From a virus (taxonomy: Duplodnaviria; Caudoviricetes), in the IMG/VR virus record IMGVR_UViG_3300003316_000301, positions 32,001 to 96,000 of that record: DNA of 64,000 bases; one strand, written 5' to 3'. Numbering within the stretch: position 1 is the first letter of the stretch; each line of letters starts with the position of its first letter. Below, piece by piece: positions 62,670-64,000 of this stretch. The position numbers were made by a program, and so were the translations under genes. The notes under the pieces are model-generated. The model worked only from the letters and a program-made list of their open reading frames with translations, had not been told where the DNA came from and ran no database searches.

Positions 62670-63347
62670 TCAGCGGGGCAGCAGGACGCCCTGGGTCTGG
62701 AGCACGGTCGCGGCCACGTCCACCGCGTCCTCGGTCCCGCTCACCACGGCCACGAGGGCGAGGTAGTAGAGGTGGCCCTCCATGCGGCGGGCGGCCTCCG
62801 GGTCGGTCTTCGCGGTCTCCCGGATCGTCCGCACGTGCTCGTCGGCGTCCTCCGGCGTCACCAGCGGCACGAAGGGGAACGCTCCGCGCTTCGGGTCGGT
62901 CTCGCCCGAGGGGGTCTCCACAGAGGCCTCCTCGGTCTCCTGCGGGGCCACCAGGTCCTCGCTCTCGGGAATGTCCGACCGGCGCGCGGGAGCCCCGGAG
63001 ACGGCCAGGAAGCTGTTGTCGGTCTTGCCGGTGTCCTCGTTCCAGCCCCACACGACGAAGTAGCCGACCGTCTTGAGGTCCTCCATCATGTCCGCCACGC
63101 GCTCCAGGCGGGCCTTCTCGCGCTCGGCCGCCTTGCGGGCCTGGACGCCCTTCAGCTCCCGGGAGACGCCCTCGTAGGAGACGCGGACGATCTTGCCGCC
63201 CTCGGTGTCGGACTGTCCCGGCCACTCGCGGACGATGTATCCCCCGTACCGGGTCTCGTGCGCGCCGTACGGGTTGTAGCCGAGTCGGCGGAGCTGTTTG
63301 GACACGGCGGATGCGTGGGTCCGCCCGGTGGTCTGGTGCTTGGCCAT
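62670..63347 (-). CDS. Hypothetical protein (domain related to 42841/46887 proteins)
   Basis: AVSKQL...GYIV...VRVSY; AGGAGG RBS plus CCGCCAGA. Confidence 0.65.
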   Translation of the reverse strand: MAKHQTTGRTHASAVSKQLRRLGYNPYGAHETRYGGYIVREWPGQSDTEGGKIVRVSYEGVSRELKGVQARKAAEREKARLERVADMMEDLKTVGYFVVWGWNEDTGKTDNSFLAVSGAPARRSDIPESEDLVAPQETEEASVETPSGETDPKRGAFPFVPLVTPEDADEHVRTIRETAKTDPEAARRMEGHLYYLALVAVVSGTEDAVDVAATVLQTQGVLLPR

Positions 63348-63417
63348 ACGGCCCTCCTGCTGGTCTCTGGCGGGAAGCCGGGGCCCGTGAGGACCCCGGC
63401 GGGTAGGTACTGCTGGA

Positions 63418-64000
63418 TCACATGCCGATCGCGGCGCGGAGCAGGGAACGGAAGTCTCCCTGGGTCAGGCGTCCCGCCGTGTTGATGACCTCCAGCGTCC
63501 AGGAGAGGCCCTGGCGCTCGGCCTTCGCGATGCCCATGAAGTTGCCGGTGGCCAGCAGGGACGGCTGGATCATGGCGACCTTGTCAGAGCTGCCGCCGGT
63601 GGCGTCGTAGACCGAGACGCGCACGTTCTTGGCCTGGCCGAAGTCCGTGCCCTTCTTGAAGGCCACGAAGGCGAACAGGATCGAGGTGATGTTGTTCGGG
63701 ATCCGGGAGAAGTCGACGGTGATCACCTCGTCGTCACCGGCCTTCTTGCCCCGGTGCTCATCTCCCGAGTGCGTGATGGCGCCGGTCTCCGTCGGGTCCA
63801 GGTTGTCCAGACCCGCGTACATGACCGGGTCCTCGCCCTGCATCAGGACGGCGACGAGGTCCAGGTCCGTGCCGATGAAGTTCTTGATGGCTCCCAGGAC
63901 ACGACCGGAGCCGCCGGTGGACGTGTCCCAGGCCCCGCCGATCTGGAGCTTCTGGACACCGGTGAGGTCGTTGCGGCCGTCGTCCTTGGTGAGTACGTGC
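63418..64000 (-). CDS. TerD-family stress protein (start just outside window)
   Basis: Frame open to window edge: GGAWD...TDLDL...HSGD...GDDEVITVDFSRIP...F. Confidence 0.8.
   Translation of the reverse strand, partial: HVLTKDDGRNDLTGVQKLQIGGAWDTSTGGSGRVLGAIKNFIGTDLDLVAVLMQGEDPVMYAGLDNLDPTETGAITHSGDEHRGKKAGDDEVITVDFSRIPNNITSILFAFVAFKKGTDFGQAKNVRVSVYDATGGSSDKVAMIQPSLLATGNFMGIAKAERQGLSWTLEVINTAGRLTQGDFRSLLRAAIGM

Overview
This window is 64 kb of a large, high-GC actinobacteriophage genome. The host is probably Streptomyces (inferred from GC content, HrdB-type promoters, the actinobacterial-type initiator tRNA and an LAxTG-like peptide). Almost all real genes are on the minus strand; the long plus-strand ORFs are antisense shadows. 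1-12.5 kb is a virion module: a double beta-helix tailspike, a tail fibre, a putative portal and low-complexity head-region proteins, one with an ADP-ribosyltransferase-like domain. 12.5-20 kb holds nucleotide and RNA metabolism genes (dcd, thyX, Thg1-like) and the only plus-strand island. 20-64 kb is about 90 small accessory genes, including a Tad2/DUF2829-like protein, two NlpC/P60 proteins, a processive GT2 synthase, a LuxR HTH, DUF2786, TerD and tRNA-fMet. Top finding: the plus-strand island is a tandem array of FIVE Y-RNA-like units (13701-14388) directly upstream of a Ro60/TROVE gene. Three units carry circularly permuted tRNA modules and each unit shows a different anticodon-loop-like sequence, suggesting a Ro60-tethered tRNA-mimic/decoy bank. 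Other notable signals: 22 copies of a promoter with an 18-bp palindromic spacer heading gene cassettes; two non-canonical tRNA-like RNAs sharing a covarying GCCCUGA hairpin; five mostly translationally coupled microproteins leading into the Tad2-like gene; orphan antitoxin-like domains; and several over-represented short DNA motifs. All homology calls come from motif recognition by eye; no database searches were run.
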